NCBI GenBank assembly: GCA_951406725.2
Contig: OX597834.1
Coordinates: 22,382,001 to 22,446,000 of the forward strand
DNA: 64,000 nt
Origin: Octopus vulgaris
Lineage: Eukaryota
Direction of reading: 5' to 3'
Below are positions 1 through 12,086 of the stretch, piece after piece. Numbering within the stretch: the first letter of the stretch is position 1; every line of letters starts with the position of its first letter. The notes under the pieces are model-generated. The model did not search any database, was not told the origin of the DNA, and saw nothing but the letters and a program-made list of their open reading frames with translations. The position numbers and the translations under genes are program-made.

Positions 1-400
1 AGGATGAGGTGTGAGGGCTGGTGGGGGGCTGTTTTTACCCTTGCTCCCAAAGATAACTTTTTAAAATTCTTTTTTTTTTTACTTTTTTTTTTTGTTCTAT
101 TGATAGATACAGAGTTTTGTTTCTGCGGAATCTAATACGTTGCTAACTGTGCTAAAATGACATACCCCCTGCTTTCAAAGATCAATAAACTATGTAGAAG
201 GGAGAAGGAAAAATAAAATAAAATTAGGAAGAAAAAAAACACTAATAATAATAATAAGTATAAATATAAAATAGTAGTAGTAGTAGCAGCAGCAGTAATA
301 ATAGAGGTATAAGAACTGCTTTTAGCCAAATATTATTTTTGTGTTTGTATGTGTGTGTGTGTGCATATATATATGTGTGTGTGTGTGTATGTATTTGTAT

Positions 401-432
<32 letters not shown>

Positions 433-1692
433 CGTGTGTGACATTCTTTGTGTTTGAGTGTATGCGTGTATATGCAGGTATATTTAAATGTGTATATAGG
501 TGTGTACATCTATGTATATGTATATACGTGTATATATTTCCTTCTCTCTCTCCTTATATATGTGTGTGTGTGTATGTGTATACACAAGCATATAGAAATC
601 CTCACACACACACACTCACTACCCACCTTGCCTAATCAGTGTGTGCTCATAGATATATCCGAGTATAAGGTTTCAGTAATAGGTTTTTATTAAGTACGAA
701 AATATCCTTTAAAATATAGGATCTACACATCATTGCCTCCGCCATGTGTCGATATATTCCCATACTGTACATGTGCGTGTGTGTGTGTTAAAGAAAATAT
801 GTACCTAGCTCCAAATTGAATATTAAAAATATATTAAATTTTTAACATTATAATCTAAAATAAAATCTATATTATTAACAGGATGTGTTTAAATAAGAAG
901 CAAAGGAAGGTGAGGTCAAATTTTTTTCGTTAGTTGCATTGATAGATTATTAAATGGCAGCGGCGGTGCTGGTATCGGTGGTGGTGGTTGTCGTGGTCGT
1001 GGTTGCAGTGTAGAGCAAGGAAATAAATAGCATTTGTGCAGAGAAACTGCGGGAAGCCTCTGTCTTGAATTCCAAGAATCACTGTTCTTATTTTGCGTTC
1101 CAAAACAGCTGTTATCACATGCATAACGGATCCGGCTTTCAGCCAAATCTGTCATGAAGATCCACCCACCGTTTTGCTTTGCTTTGCTTTGGCTACGAAG
1201 GGTGGGTTGCTGGTCGTCTTTTCTTTCTGCTCAGTGGCTGCTGCAGCACCAAAGGTTGGGTGTTTGACAACTGAGCTTTTCCTCTTCGGTTTCTTTGAGG
1301 AAATTCTTGTTTCAGGCAAAAATGTATGAAAGGTTGATGAGAGAGAGGCAAAATTGGTGTAACTCAGTCGCTGGTACAGCCTGCTCGTGAAATTAACATG
1401 CAATTGGTTGAGTACTCAAATACTGGGATAAATTGGTAGCCTTGTGCCAAAAATTAGAAAGAATTATTATTAAGGTGTCAAGCTGGTGGAATTGTTAGCA
1501 CACCAGACAAGGTGCTGAGTGGCATTTCATCCATCTGTATATTCTGGGTCCAAATTTTGCCGAGCTCGACTTTGCTTTTCATCATTTCAGGGTCGATGAA
1601 ATAAGCACCAGTCAAACACTGGGGTCAATGCAATCAACTTACTCCCTGTTCCCAAATTTCAGGCCTTGTACCTGTAGTAGAAAGGACTATTA

Positions 1693-1726
<34 letters not shown>

Positions 1727-2335
1727 GGTGGTGGTGAGTTGGCAGAACCATTAGCACACCAGGCAAAATACTTAGCAGCATTTTGCCCATCCTTACGTTC
1801 TGAGTTCAAATTCTGCTGAGGCTGATTTTGCCTTTCATCCTTGATAAATTAAGTACCAGTTACGCACTGGGGTCGATGTAATCGACTGGTCCCCGCCTCC
1901 TAAAAAAATGTCAGGCTTTGTGCCTATAGTAGAAAGGATTATTATTGTTATTATTATTAATAATAATGAATTTTAGCTCAGGGTCAAAAGGAAACTCCCT
2001 TACTTGAAAATGCCGGTAAGGATCAATGACGGCATCTGTAGAATAACATCTCAGTAGAATGTACTTCTCTAACCCATGCTATCATGGAAAATCAGATGTA
2101 AAGTAAATGAACAAATATAATTGCTCTGCATTCTTCTACTGGACCCTTTGGTAGACTTTGCACCCTAAAGATACAGTCATGTTGTCTTTCAAAAATGTGT
2201 ACGTGTGTGTGTGTGTGCATGTGTTACTAATGAGTAAGATGTTAGTTAGGTCTGCAGTTGATGGCGAAGGCGAGATCAGATTCCAAAACCAAGAAATAAC
2301 CGAAACCTTAGGCAAATTAGTGAGAAAAGAGGGGA

Positions 2336-2380
<45 letters not shown>

Positions 2381-2505
2381 AAGCTCAGAACCATGTAACT
2401 ATGTAACATGATTAGACAATTAGTACAAGGAATATTCTGTATGAGATAAGAGAGAAAGAGATTGTTTGAAAACCTTGGTACGATGAGTTCTGTTAAGGAT
2501 CTCAC

Positions 2506-2542
<37 letters not shown>

Positions 2543-2600
2543 TACTTTGTTCTCTCTGTCTCTTTCTCTTCTTCTTTCCCCCTTTTTTTTTTCTACCCAG

Positions 2601-2657
2601 GTATGCAACAAATGCATCACCATCATCATCATCATTATTATCTTTGGACTTGTACAG
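2601..2657 (+). other. Candidate 57-nt cassette or recursive-splice exon ([19 protein letters not shown]), phase 1-1
   Basis: About 55-nt pyrimidine tract, then ctacccag|GTATGC, and downstream donor CAG|gtattt. Confidence 0.4.
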
Positions 2658-2750
2658 GTATTTGTACATTAGTCATTCTGGAAACAGATTCCATGGCTTT
2701 ATTACAAGGTTTCCTTTTTTATTTTATTCCGTTTTCGTTATTTATTATTT

Positions 2751-2813
<63 letters not shown>

Positions 2814-3100
2814 CCATGTGCCAACATACACACATTTTCATTACAACCAGTCTATTATATCTAGATTAAGGTATCTTACGCAACTAGTAGTAGTAGTAGC
2901 AGCAGCAGTAGCAGTGGTAGACCCTACAAATACTAAAAGTGCCTGAGTTGCATTGATTTTCATGTGACTGAAGTACTTTTTAGAATTTGGTTGTGTCAGC
3001 CAGGTGTGTGTGGGGAGGGGGTCTTTTGGTTGCTTCTCAACAAATTTTTCCACTTTCTCTGTAATATAAGTTCAAGTCATTTTTTAGTGTATGCATACTT

Positions 3101-3157
<57 letters not shown>

Positions 3158-4206
3158 CATATATTGAATGTATTCATAATGTGTATACATTATATATACA
3201 TGCTCGTAAATAAATACATGCATATATATATAATAAGAAATATTACACACACACACATACACACCTTGGGCAAGTGTCTTCCCCTATAGCCTCAGGCCAA
3301 CCTAAGCCTTGTGAGTGGATTTGGTAAACAGAAACTGAAAGAAGCCCATCATATATATATATATAGGGGGACAAACACACTAATACATACTATACATACC
3401 TATATACATAAATATATATATATTTATGTATATAGGTATGTATATATATATGTATATATATATATATATATATTTATGTATATAGGTATGTATAGTATGT
3501 ATTAGTGTGTTTGTCCCCCCACTGTTGCTTGACAACTGATGCTGGTGTGTTTACATCCCCCATAACTTAACAGTTCAGCAAAAGAGACCGATAGAATAGG
3601 TACTGGGCTTAGAAATAATAAGTCCTGGGGTCGATTTGTTCGACTAAAGGTGGTGCTCCGGCATGGTCGCAGTAAACTGACTGAAACAAGTAAAAGAAAA
3701 TATATATATATTTTATTTTATTTTTTACTTGTTTCAGTCATTAGACTGTGGCCATGCTGGGGCACCGCCTTGAGAAATTTTAGTCGAACTAATTGACCCC
3801 AGTATTTATTTTTCTTTTAAGCCTGGTACTTATTCTATCAGTCTCTTTTGCTGAACCACTAGGTTACAGAGATGTAACCACACCAACACCGAATGACAAA
3901 CACAGATCCATGGCTTAGTGGTTAGGATGTCATACTCACGATTGTGAGATCATGGGTTCGATTCCCAGGCCAGGCGTTGCATTGTGTTCTTGAGCACCAT
4001 GTTGTTCTGCGATCATTTCGACATCTGACATGTGACACCCAGTTGCACCTGTACAGGTAATGTCAATCTGATGGAGGGAGTGAGCCTATATCTACAAAAA
4101 CATTTGATCACTATAAATAAATCATTTGTGTGGTTGTTCGGTAAGAAATTGTTGAACCCTCATACATCGTCTGATGACAAGAGTATCCATTATATATATA
4201 GATATG

Positions 4207-4710
4207 AGGAGGCGCAATGGCCCAGTGGTTAAGGCAGCGGACTCGCGGTCTTAGGATCGCGGTTTCAATTCCCAAATCGGGTGTTGTGAGGGTTTATTGA
4301 GCAAAACACCTAAAAGCTCCACAAGGCTCCGGCAGGGGGTGGTGATCCTTGCTGTACTCTTTCACCACTCTTTCTCTCACTCTTTCTTGTTGGCCTGCTC
4401 GCTTAGCCAGCGGGGTGGCATCATTCGAAGGCTTGCATCCTTCAAAACTTCCATGCTTCCTGAGATTCGCCAACACTACACTTGATTTTCTCCCCTCCAT
4501 ACACACATGTATCTGACTCATACATTGTTCGCTTTCCAGACATTTCTACATTACTGCATGTACTTTATATGGACTTTCTGACAAGTTGTGGTGCACCTGA
4601 GCACTGTATACAATAATTTCATTATATATATTATAAAACAATGCGAACGCATTGTGACCAGCGATGTGTAGCAACATCTGATGGTCTGGTCGGTCACGTG
4701 ATCACATGAT
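4207..4710 (+). mobile_element. tRNA-derived SINE family D with an approximately 200-nt insert (4434-4633)
   Basis: A box tggcccagtgg, B box ggtttcaattccc. Uninterrupted copy at 6117-6410 (-) and a deleted copy at 45134-45342 (-) with an atgatcatt target-site duplication. Confidence 0.85.
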
Positions 4711-6077
4711 ATATATATATATATATGTATATGTATATATATATATATGTATATATATATATACACATGACAGGCTTCTTTCAGTTTCCATCTACCAAAT
4801 CCAGTCACAAGGCTTTGGTCGACCCAGGGCTAGAGTAGAAGACACTCGATTCCCAAGGTGGTACACGGTAACTGCTTATATACATGGCTTTAGAAATGAG
4901 AGAATGTGATTTCAATATGTAATGAGAAATGTGTGTCTGTGTAAGAAAAAGCAAAGTGTCTGTGTGTGTGTGTGTGTGTGTGGCATTTTAGCAACTTCAT
5001 AAAAGGACTGACTTCCAAATTCTTCAAATGTATACATGTGTGTGTGTGTGTAATATTTTATTATATATATTCATGTGTATATTTATGAGTGTGTATATAA
5101 TGTGTATGTTATGAATATATTCATATATGTATACATTACTTATTTGAAAAAGAGAGATGGTGGGGCAGAAAGAGAAGAAGAAATTCTATGAAAGCACTAT
5201 TTTCTAACTGCTTGTATTGGAATGGTTTTGATAACAAGAATCTGTTGCCATCTATGCATGGTTTTAGTAATTTGGTAAATGGAAACGCCACTTGTGCATA
5301 CCAAAAATCAAAAATAGAAAGAAAGAAAGAAAGAAAGAAGTAAAGAATAAATTTGTCCCCAGAATGCTACAAAACAGACAACGATATGCATATAGAATAT
5401 TTGAAATAGAAATTTACTTTCTATTATTGAAAAATAAAATAAAAAACAATGAAATGGTATAAATTACTCGCGCAGTCTTTGGAATCTATTGTACGGATGA
5501 GCTGAACGTGATGTGATAATATTTAGGTTGTTTGATTTTTTTTGATTTTTTTTTTTTTAATCTTGTAGTTGTAATAGTCAACCACAATACTCTCTGTCCG
5601 TATTTGTTATGCTGTCGTTTCAATCTGAGCACACCAGATTTAGAAATGTTTATTATTTGCACCTACTTACATACACATTGCGCTCCTACTAGGAGATGCT
5701 TTGTGAAAATTATTTGGAATTTTTTGTGTGACGTGTATTTCGATACTTGAAATCCTGCGGGTGTTTCGCCGCTGTCAAAATTCAGTGTCTGACATCATCA
5801 TCATCATCAGCATCCACTTTTCCATGCTTGCATGGGTGATATGGAATTCGTCGGGACAAATCTTCTACAGCAGGATACCCTTCCTGTCACCAGCCCTCAA
5901 CAGTTTCCATGTAATGTAACATTTCCCCATGGCTGGACATGTTTTCACAGAAAATTGAGTGTGAATTGACACCGCCTGTATGAAGGTGACGCTCACTTAC
6001 AACTATTGCCTATTGCTAAAAGGAGGTACAAACATATACACTAGCATACACACGCACACACACCTCAAGACAGCAAG

Positions 6078-6123
<46 letters not shown>

Positions 6124-6616
6124 ATCATGTGACCGACCAGTCTATCAGATGTAGTTACACATCGCTGGTCACAATATGTTCGCATTGTTTTAGCCTTCAA
6201 ATGACACCACCCTGCTGGCTAAGCGAGCAGGCCAAAAGAAGAAAGAGTGATGAAAGAGTACAGCAGGGATCACCACCCCCTGCCAGAGCCATGTGGAGCT
6301 TTTAGGTGTTTTCGCTCAATAAACACTCACAACGCCTGGTCTGGGAATCGAAACCGCGATCCTAAGACCGCGAGTCCGCTGCCCTAACCACTGGGCCATT
6401 GCGCCTCCACACACACACACATATATATATGGGTGGGTTAGTTAGAGGCTTAAAATAACCATCTAAGGGGTAGAAGTAGCTATTACACTACCGGTATTTT
6501 ACTTATATATAACCATGGGCATACACATGCAAAGATATGTTCATAAGTTATAGACAAGGATTAACATGGGTTTTCCATTTTCTGTTTTCTTTATATATAT
6601 ATATATATATATATAA

Positions 6617-6821
6617 ATGTGACCGCGTGTGTATCGTTGGCGATTTTTTTTCCTCCGTCTTCCCTTCTCTGGATCTTTCCTTTTCCTATGTTTCTGACGA
6701 AGAGCTCCGCTCGAAACGTAAAACCCTCCTTCTTCCATTCCTTCCTGAGCATCCAATAATACTATATTTGTTCCACGTCCTCGCGTTGTTGTGTTTTCTC
6801 TTGGTGTTTTCACGTTTGGAT

Positions 6822-6825
<4 letters not shown>
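6617..6825 (+). mobile_element. Short non-autonomous repeat carrying a hammerhead (Penelope pLTR/retrozyme-like), embedded in (TA)n
   Basis: About 210 nt bounded by TA runs. A diverged relative lies on the minus strand at about 52535-52695. Confidence 0.6.
6690..6724 (+). ncRNA. Minimal type I hammerhead ribozyme motif
   Basis: gttt-CTGACGA-a-gagc(tcc)gctc-GAAA-cg-TA-aaac: stem I gttt/aaac, stem II gagc/gctc, palindromic stem III ACGT, GUA cleavage triplet. Confidence 0.75.
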
Positions 6826-6891
<66 letters not shown>

Positions 6892-7812
6892 TGGGTATGT
6901 AGATAGATAGATATGCACCCAAGATCTATTTGTAACCAGTTAGCTTCACCTGGGTTAACAACACAACTACACACCACATCTTCCATGCTTGCTAAGGCGC
7001 TGTCCTATGTCCTACTCCGCACAACCAGGTACCCGTTCACACACACACACACCTGAAGAACTTACCTCTTAACATTGAAGCACTTTAGTTATTAGTTTTA
7101 GAATTAATTTGGATCGTAATTCTGCGAACATGAAATAAGAAAAATTTACCAGAGATGCAAACGAAAAAGAAAGACATTAATAAATAAAGCAGATTGAATG
7201 TTTCCACCAACATTTCTGAGAGTAGTGAATAATATCAGTAAAACACAATAACTCTAGATTTTAAGATGTCTCTAGTAGGTTATGTAAAACTTAAGGGAAA
7301 ATGCAAAAAAAAAAAAAAAAAAAATCTAAGAAAAAAAAATCGTTTGGCAACATTTTGGAAAATATAGAAATTTGTTTGGCTTCATTTAATGGACCTAAAT
7401 ATCTGAAATCTGATTTTAATTGTAGTTTTAAAAATGTTGCAAAGCGATATTCTTCAAACTCTTTCGTCATTGTCATTGCCATCATCATCATCATCATCAT
7501 CATCACTGAAGTATTTGCCTGTAGTTTAAAATACTCTTATGTATTGTCAGTTTCTTCAGACACAATATTGTGGCAGTGGTGGTTGTGGTGGTGGTGGTGG
7601 TGGCAGCGGTGGTGGCACTGACTTCGTCATGCTAGCTGTTGTTGCATCTCATTAAAGGCACAAGGCCAGTAATCTTCAAGGTCAGGGTGAAGAGGTCAAT
7701 CACATCAACCCGCGTATTTGACTTTCTTTTACTCTGGCATGCTAACGATTCTGCCAGCTTGCCAAAGAATATTGTCCCGTTATAATATCATGCTGCACAT
7801 AAATTTGTTTAA

Positions 7813-8035
7813 CCCTTTAGCATTTAAACCGGCCATATCCGGCCAAAAGTATTCTGCCTGTTTTATGTTCAAACTGGCCAGATCTGGTCTCTCACACCAA
7901 CCCTACAATATCGTTTTAAAAATTAACGGCTACCTCATCAAAATCTCATAACTACAAGATTAATGCCTGATTAATTCAAATCAATGTGGATAAAAAAAGG
8001 ATTAATTTTGGCAGAATAATGCGAACACTAAAGGG
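7813..8035. mobile_element. piggyBac-type MITE family 1 (about 220 bp)
   Basis: TTAA|CCCTTTAG...CTAAAGGG|TTAA. Homologous copies at 28108-28327, 39803-40328 and about 59990-60876. Confidence 0.85.
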
Positions 8036-9420
8036 TTAAAGGATGGGAAACAGGAAGAACATCCAGCCAAAGGAAAAAAAAATCTGCCTTTGATAAATCT
8101 TATCCAACCCATGCAGACGTGAAAATGCAGAAGTTAAAACAACAATGGCAGCAATGCTGTTGTTGATGATGATGATGATGATGATGTATGTGTGCGCATA
8201 TTTGTGTGAGTGGTCAGGGTGCGATGTGCATCTGCGATAGTGGAATGTTTTCGTTGCACAGAATATGTAATATAAGCAGGAGACATCAAGAATCTCTGGT
8301 CCCTTGTGCATCTGCTTGCTCTGTTGTTGCAGTAATATGAGAGGCAGGTTCTCGGTTATCTCCAAAAATGAAAAATGAACAGCCATGTGCATGCATGCAC
8401 ATGCGTGTATGTGTGTTAGATCCCATGTTTTGCTTAATTGCAAATCATATATTAAGATGGATAATTAGTGAACGTTTTCTCACAGCGTATGATAACAACT
8501 AATACGTAACACACACACATATTACGTTATGTTAGTCCATCATTATTATCGTTATCCATCACATGAGAGAAGAAGATGAGTCACAGCATGTCCGGTTGTG
8601 GCCAATCAGTCGAAGGGCTCTGTCACAGGTCGGGGATTGGTGATCTGCAGGAACTGAAGGCAAGGAATTGGTTCTGGACTTGCACAGTTCTCGTTTTCTT
8701 TGTGCCCCTGCAATCCTGTTCTGCCTGTAGGGGGTGGGGAGTCACACCACACACACATATACACAGCAGGCTTCTTACAGTTTCCATCTACCAAATCCAC
8801 TCACAAGGCTTTGGTCAGCCTGAGGACACTTGCTCTAAGTACCACACATTGGAACTGAACCCCAAGCCACATGGTTTGGAAGCAAACTTCTTACCACGCA
8901 ACTCCTTATAAGGGAATTATTCCTAGAATCTCTGCAAGAGGTAGGGCAGGCAAGCAGACAGGCAGGCAGGCAGGCAGGCATGGATGATAGGTATCAGGAA
9001 GGAAAAGGGGTGCAAAGTGGGAGTGGGTGGGGGTTGGGGGTACTGGGCTCAACAGGGTGTTAAAAAAAAAATTAAAAACAAAAAGAAAATACGATAATGG
9101 CACAAGTAATTGGTTCTGAGATTGCGGTTGATGATAACACGTGCAGCTTCTTTAGCGTGTAGCATGTACCCCGTATCAAATAGCTGCCTCTTTCTCCTCT
9201 GACAAAATGACATTCTCTCAGCTCTCCCTGCTCTCCCCCCCCCCGCTGAAAGGGCCCCCTTTCATCACGTCCCCCCACCACCACCACCACCACCACATCG
9301 CTCAACCACTGGGAGACATGAGACATGCAAATATTTTTTAAGTTGGACTTGTCACTTTGTAAGAGATGAGACAAACTTAAAGATGACATAATTGCTGATG
9401 ATGGCTTCAGGGGTGGAGAG

Positions 9421-9452
<32 letters not shown>

Positions 9453-10295
9453 CCTCATTGAGAGATGGAAGGAGAGAACAATATTCAATTTGAGAGAGAG
9501 AGAGAGAAGAAGAAGAGAAAGGGAAAAGGTTTGATTTTCAAGGTTAATCTTCAGTGATATTTAAGAATATACTTAAATCCCTATTAGTAAACCATTCAGG
9601 ATTTTGTTTTGATTTTTTGTTTTTCTTGTTCTTGTTCTGTGAAAGTGTGCTTGAACTGTTAGTGACATACGGCTGCATATGTATCTACATTTCACGTGTG
9701 TGTGTGTGTACAGTTTTAAAGATATTAGCTATGGAAGAAGGGGTACAGAAATATCATGTTATAAGTTGTCACTTAACGAAGAAAAAGTTCGTCCCCCCCC
9801 CCAAAAAAAAACCGAAAAAAAAGTAAAGGAGCTTATCAGTATGTTACTATGGTTACACTAAATGTCAAAGATAGCTTCTGTTATTTAGAAGAATTAATTG
9901 TGACAAATGAGGTGGGAAGGGGTGGAGCAGCCGTTTGATTGCACTAACGGGTCCCCGACAAGCAAGATCCTCCATGTCATGCGGTGCCAATGTTTGGCTT
10001 ATGGACTTATTAAGGGGAGATTAATTTCCAAATTTCTGTCTGTAATTTTTGCATGTTGAGTGACAAGGCAGTTGTGCGTCTGTATATCAATTATGTTCAG
10101 ATGATGGAAAATGAGAGAACGACACCAAGAGAGAGAGCAGGTGGGGTGGGGGCAATCTAGAAGTTCTTTGTTAGAATACTGAAAGTCAATGTTAAAACTA
10201 AGTACTTTATTGTATGAACACATGTCTGACTGAAAAAAAAGAAACGGGGTTGGTTGTGAAGTACTTAAACGTATTTTGATGTATGTAAAAGGACT

Positions 10296-10356
<61 letters not shown>

Positions 10357-10570
10357 AGAGTAAACATATAAATGTGAAACAAGGTGAGAAAAAAAGAGTA
10401 CTCAAATACCAGGGGTAGAGTAATATGCTTTATTTAAAAGCAGCAGAAATTCAACAAAACCTGTTACTTGGAGTTTCATGTTCCCGTTCGTCATATATAT
10501 ATATATATATATATATATGAAAAAACAAGTCAGGATAGAAAATGCTAAAATAATTTTATAAAGAACATTT

Positions 10571-10606
10571 CAGTACCGGTTTCAGTCATTGAGACCTTTT
10601 CAACTG
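10571..10606 (-). ncRNA. Hammerhead motif, U3-A8 core variant
   Basis: Minus strand: cag-TTGAAAA-ggtc(tcaat)gact-GAAA-ccgg-TA-ctg. Stems I and II pair, stem III is the palindrome ACCGGT. Confidence 0.6.
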
Positions 10607-11519
10607 TAACAATTAAATAATTAAATTTAGAAAAATTAAAAGAAAAGCTTTTTTTTAAAGAATATTTGTATAGTGTTCAAATACAAGTGGCATTTTCCTT
10701 GTTTCTGCCTTTCTCTGTCTCTCTTGCTTACTCTTGTGTGTTCGAGGTCCATGTGAATTTTTTATATATATATATATATTTTATGTTCTGGGTTCAAATT
10801 ATGCCTAGGTCAACTTTGCCTTTCATCCTTTCAGGGTCCATAAAATAGTACCAGTTACATACTGGGATTGATGGAATATACTGCCCCCCCCCCAACTAAA
10901 TATACTGGTCTTGTGCCAAAAATTTCCAACCATCATTATTAATTATGTAGATTTTTGTTTAACGTTTTCTTTTGCTTCTTTTTGGATTTTGTTTCTTAAT
11001 TACAAATATGTTTTCATTTTGAACAAAGTCAAAAATTTGACTACATTTTAGTTTCTGTTTAGATAGGACACGTTTTTAGTCTTTTCATTTTCAAGTTTTT
11101 GTCACTTAACATGTGTGTGTATTGTCATTATGTGATGGCTGTAAATGAGTGTCACTGTTATAAAAGCAGTGTCATTTCTTTCCAGTATTCTGCAATCGTA
11201 AATGTAAGTCTAAGGATTGGGCCCGAATAATAATAGCCCACATCAGACAGAATGAATGAAAAATATAAATAAAAATAAAGTCTTCATCAGCTGCCTCACT
11301 CAGGATTCTAACAGTTTTAATGCCTTCAAAAAGAAAACACACCCACTCACACACAAATATATTCTAATGCTCACATATTGAAACTGGGATTGAAGTTGGT
11401 GAATGAGCATGATCATAAACATGGAATCCATTCCTGCATCAAATGTGAATGAAACCAAAAAGAAGAGTAGAGTAGGTCGTTCTGGTATTTTCTTATAATA
11501 CTTTCTCTTTGCTTTTCAG

Positions 11520-11564
11520 GCAGAAGAAAACAAAAAATGGGAATGAAATCTCCTACACAGTCAG
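11520..11564 (+). CDS. Candidate 45-nt NAV cassette exon (xRRKQKMGMKSPTQS), phase 1-1
   Basis: ctttctctttgcttttcag acceptor, CAG|gtatag donor. Open in the phase required by exon 16590. Confidence 0.5.
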
Positions 11565-11841
11565 GTATAGAACCAGCGTTTAACACTAACACACAATGTT
11601 ATGGCCTGACATAGAACTGCTTAATGATTTATATATAAAGAGAGAAAATAGTGCACTTGTTATAGCAAAAATATAGAACACCATTTAACACTAACCACAC
11701 AATATTACAGCTAAACATAGAGTTGCTTATTCACTTACTCACTGATGTAGTTATACTCATACGCATGCTTGTTTGTTTTTATTCTTTTACTCTTTGATAC
11801 AGTTTAGGCCTAAGGTTGTGGCCATACACATTAATATATAT

Positions 11842-12086
11842 ATATATTTATTATTGAATATATTATACAAACGTGTAACACTCTCTTACAGTACTTGGAG
11901 ATTTCCAGCAAGTCACGGGTATGAAGTTATCCTGTAGTGGCTTCACACAACAGCTAATACCCAGTGGCTTGTGTGTTGATTACAAATCAAAAATTGGTTA
12001 ACTCCATACCTGTGGCTTGCTGGGAAACTCTGAGTACCGTCTGTGAGGGTTCCATGTTTGTATAATATGCTGAGTATTAAATATAT
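11842..12086. mobile_element. Foldback/MITE with about 85-bp imperfect terminal inverted repeats
   Basis: tattatacaaacgtg...ccagcaagtcacgggtatgaagtta pairs with taactccatacctgtggcttgctgg...catgtttgtataata. Confidence 0.7.

Noticed and set aside
1152-1403. 83-aa minus-strand ORF as a nested antisense gene
   Set aside because: No recognisable domain or splice partners, and the length is within chance expectation.
4207-4280. tRNA-like sequences here and at 6340-6410, 39530-39600, 46505-46570 and 60510-60575
   Set aside because: They are SINE heads: A/B boxes continue into shared SINE bodies and no complete cloverleaf is evident.
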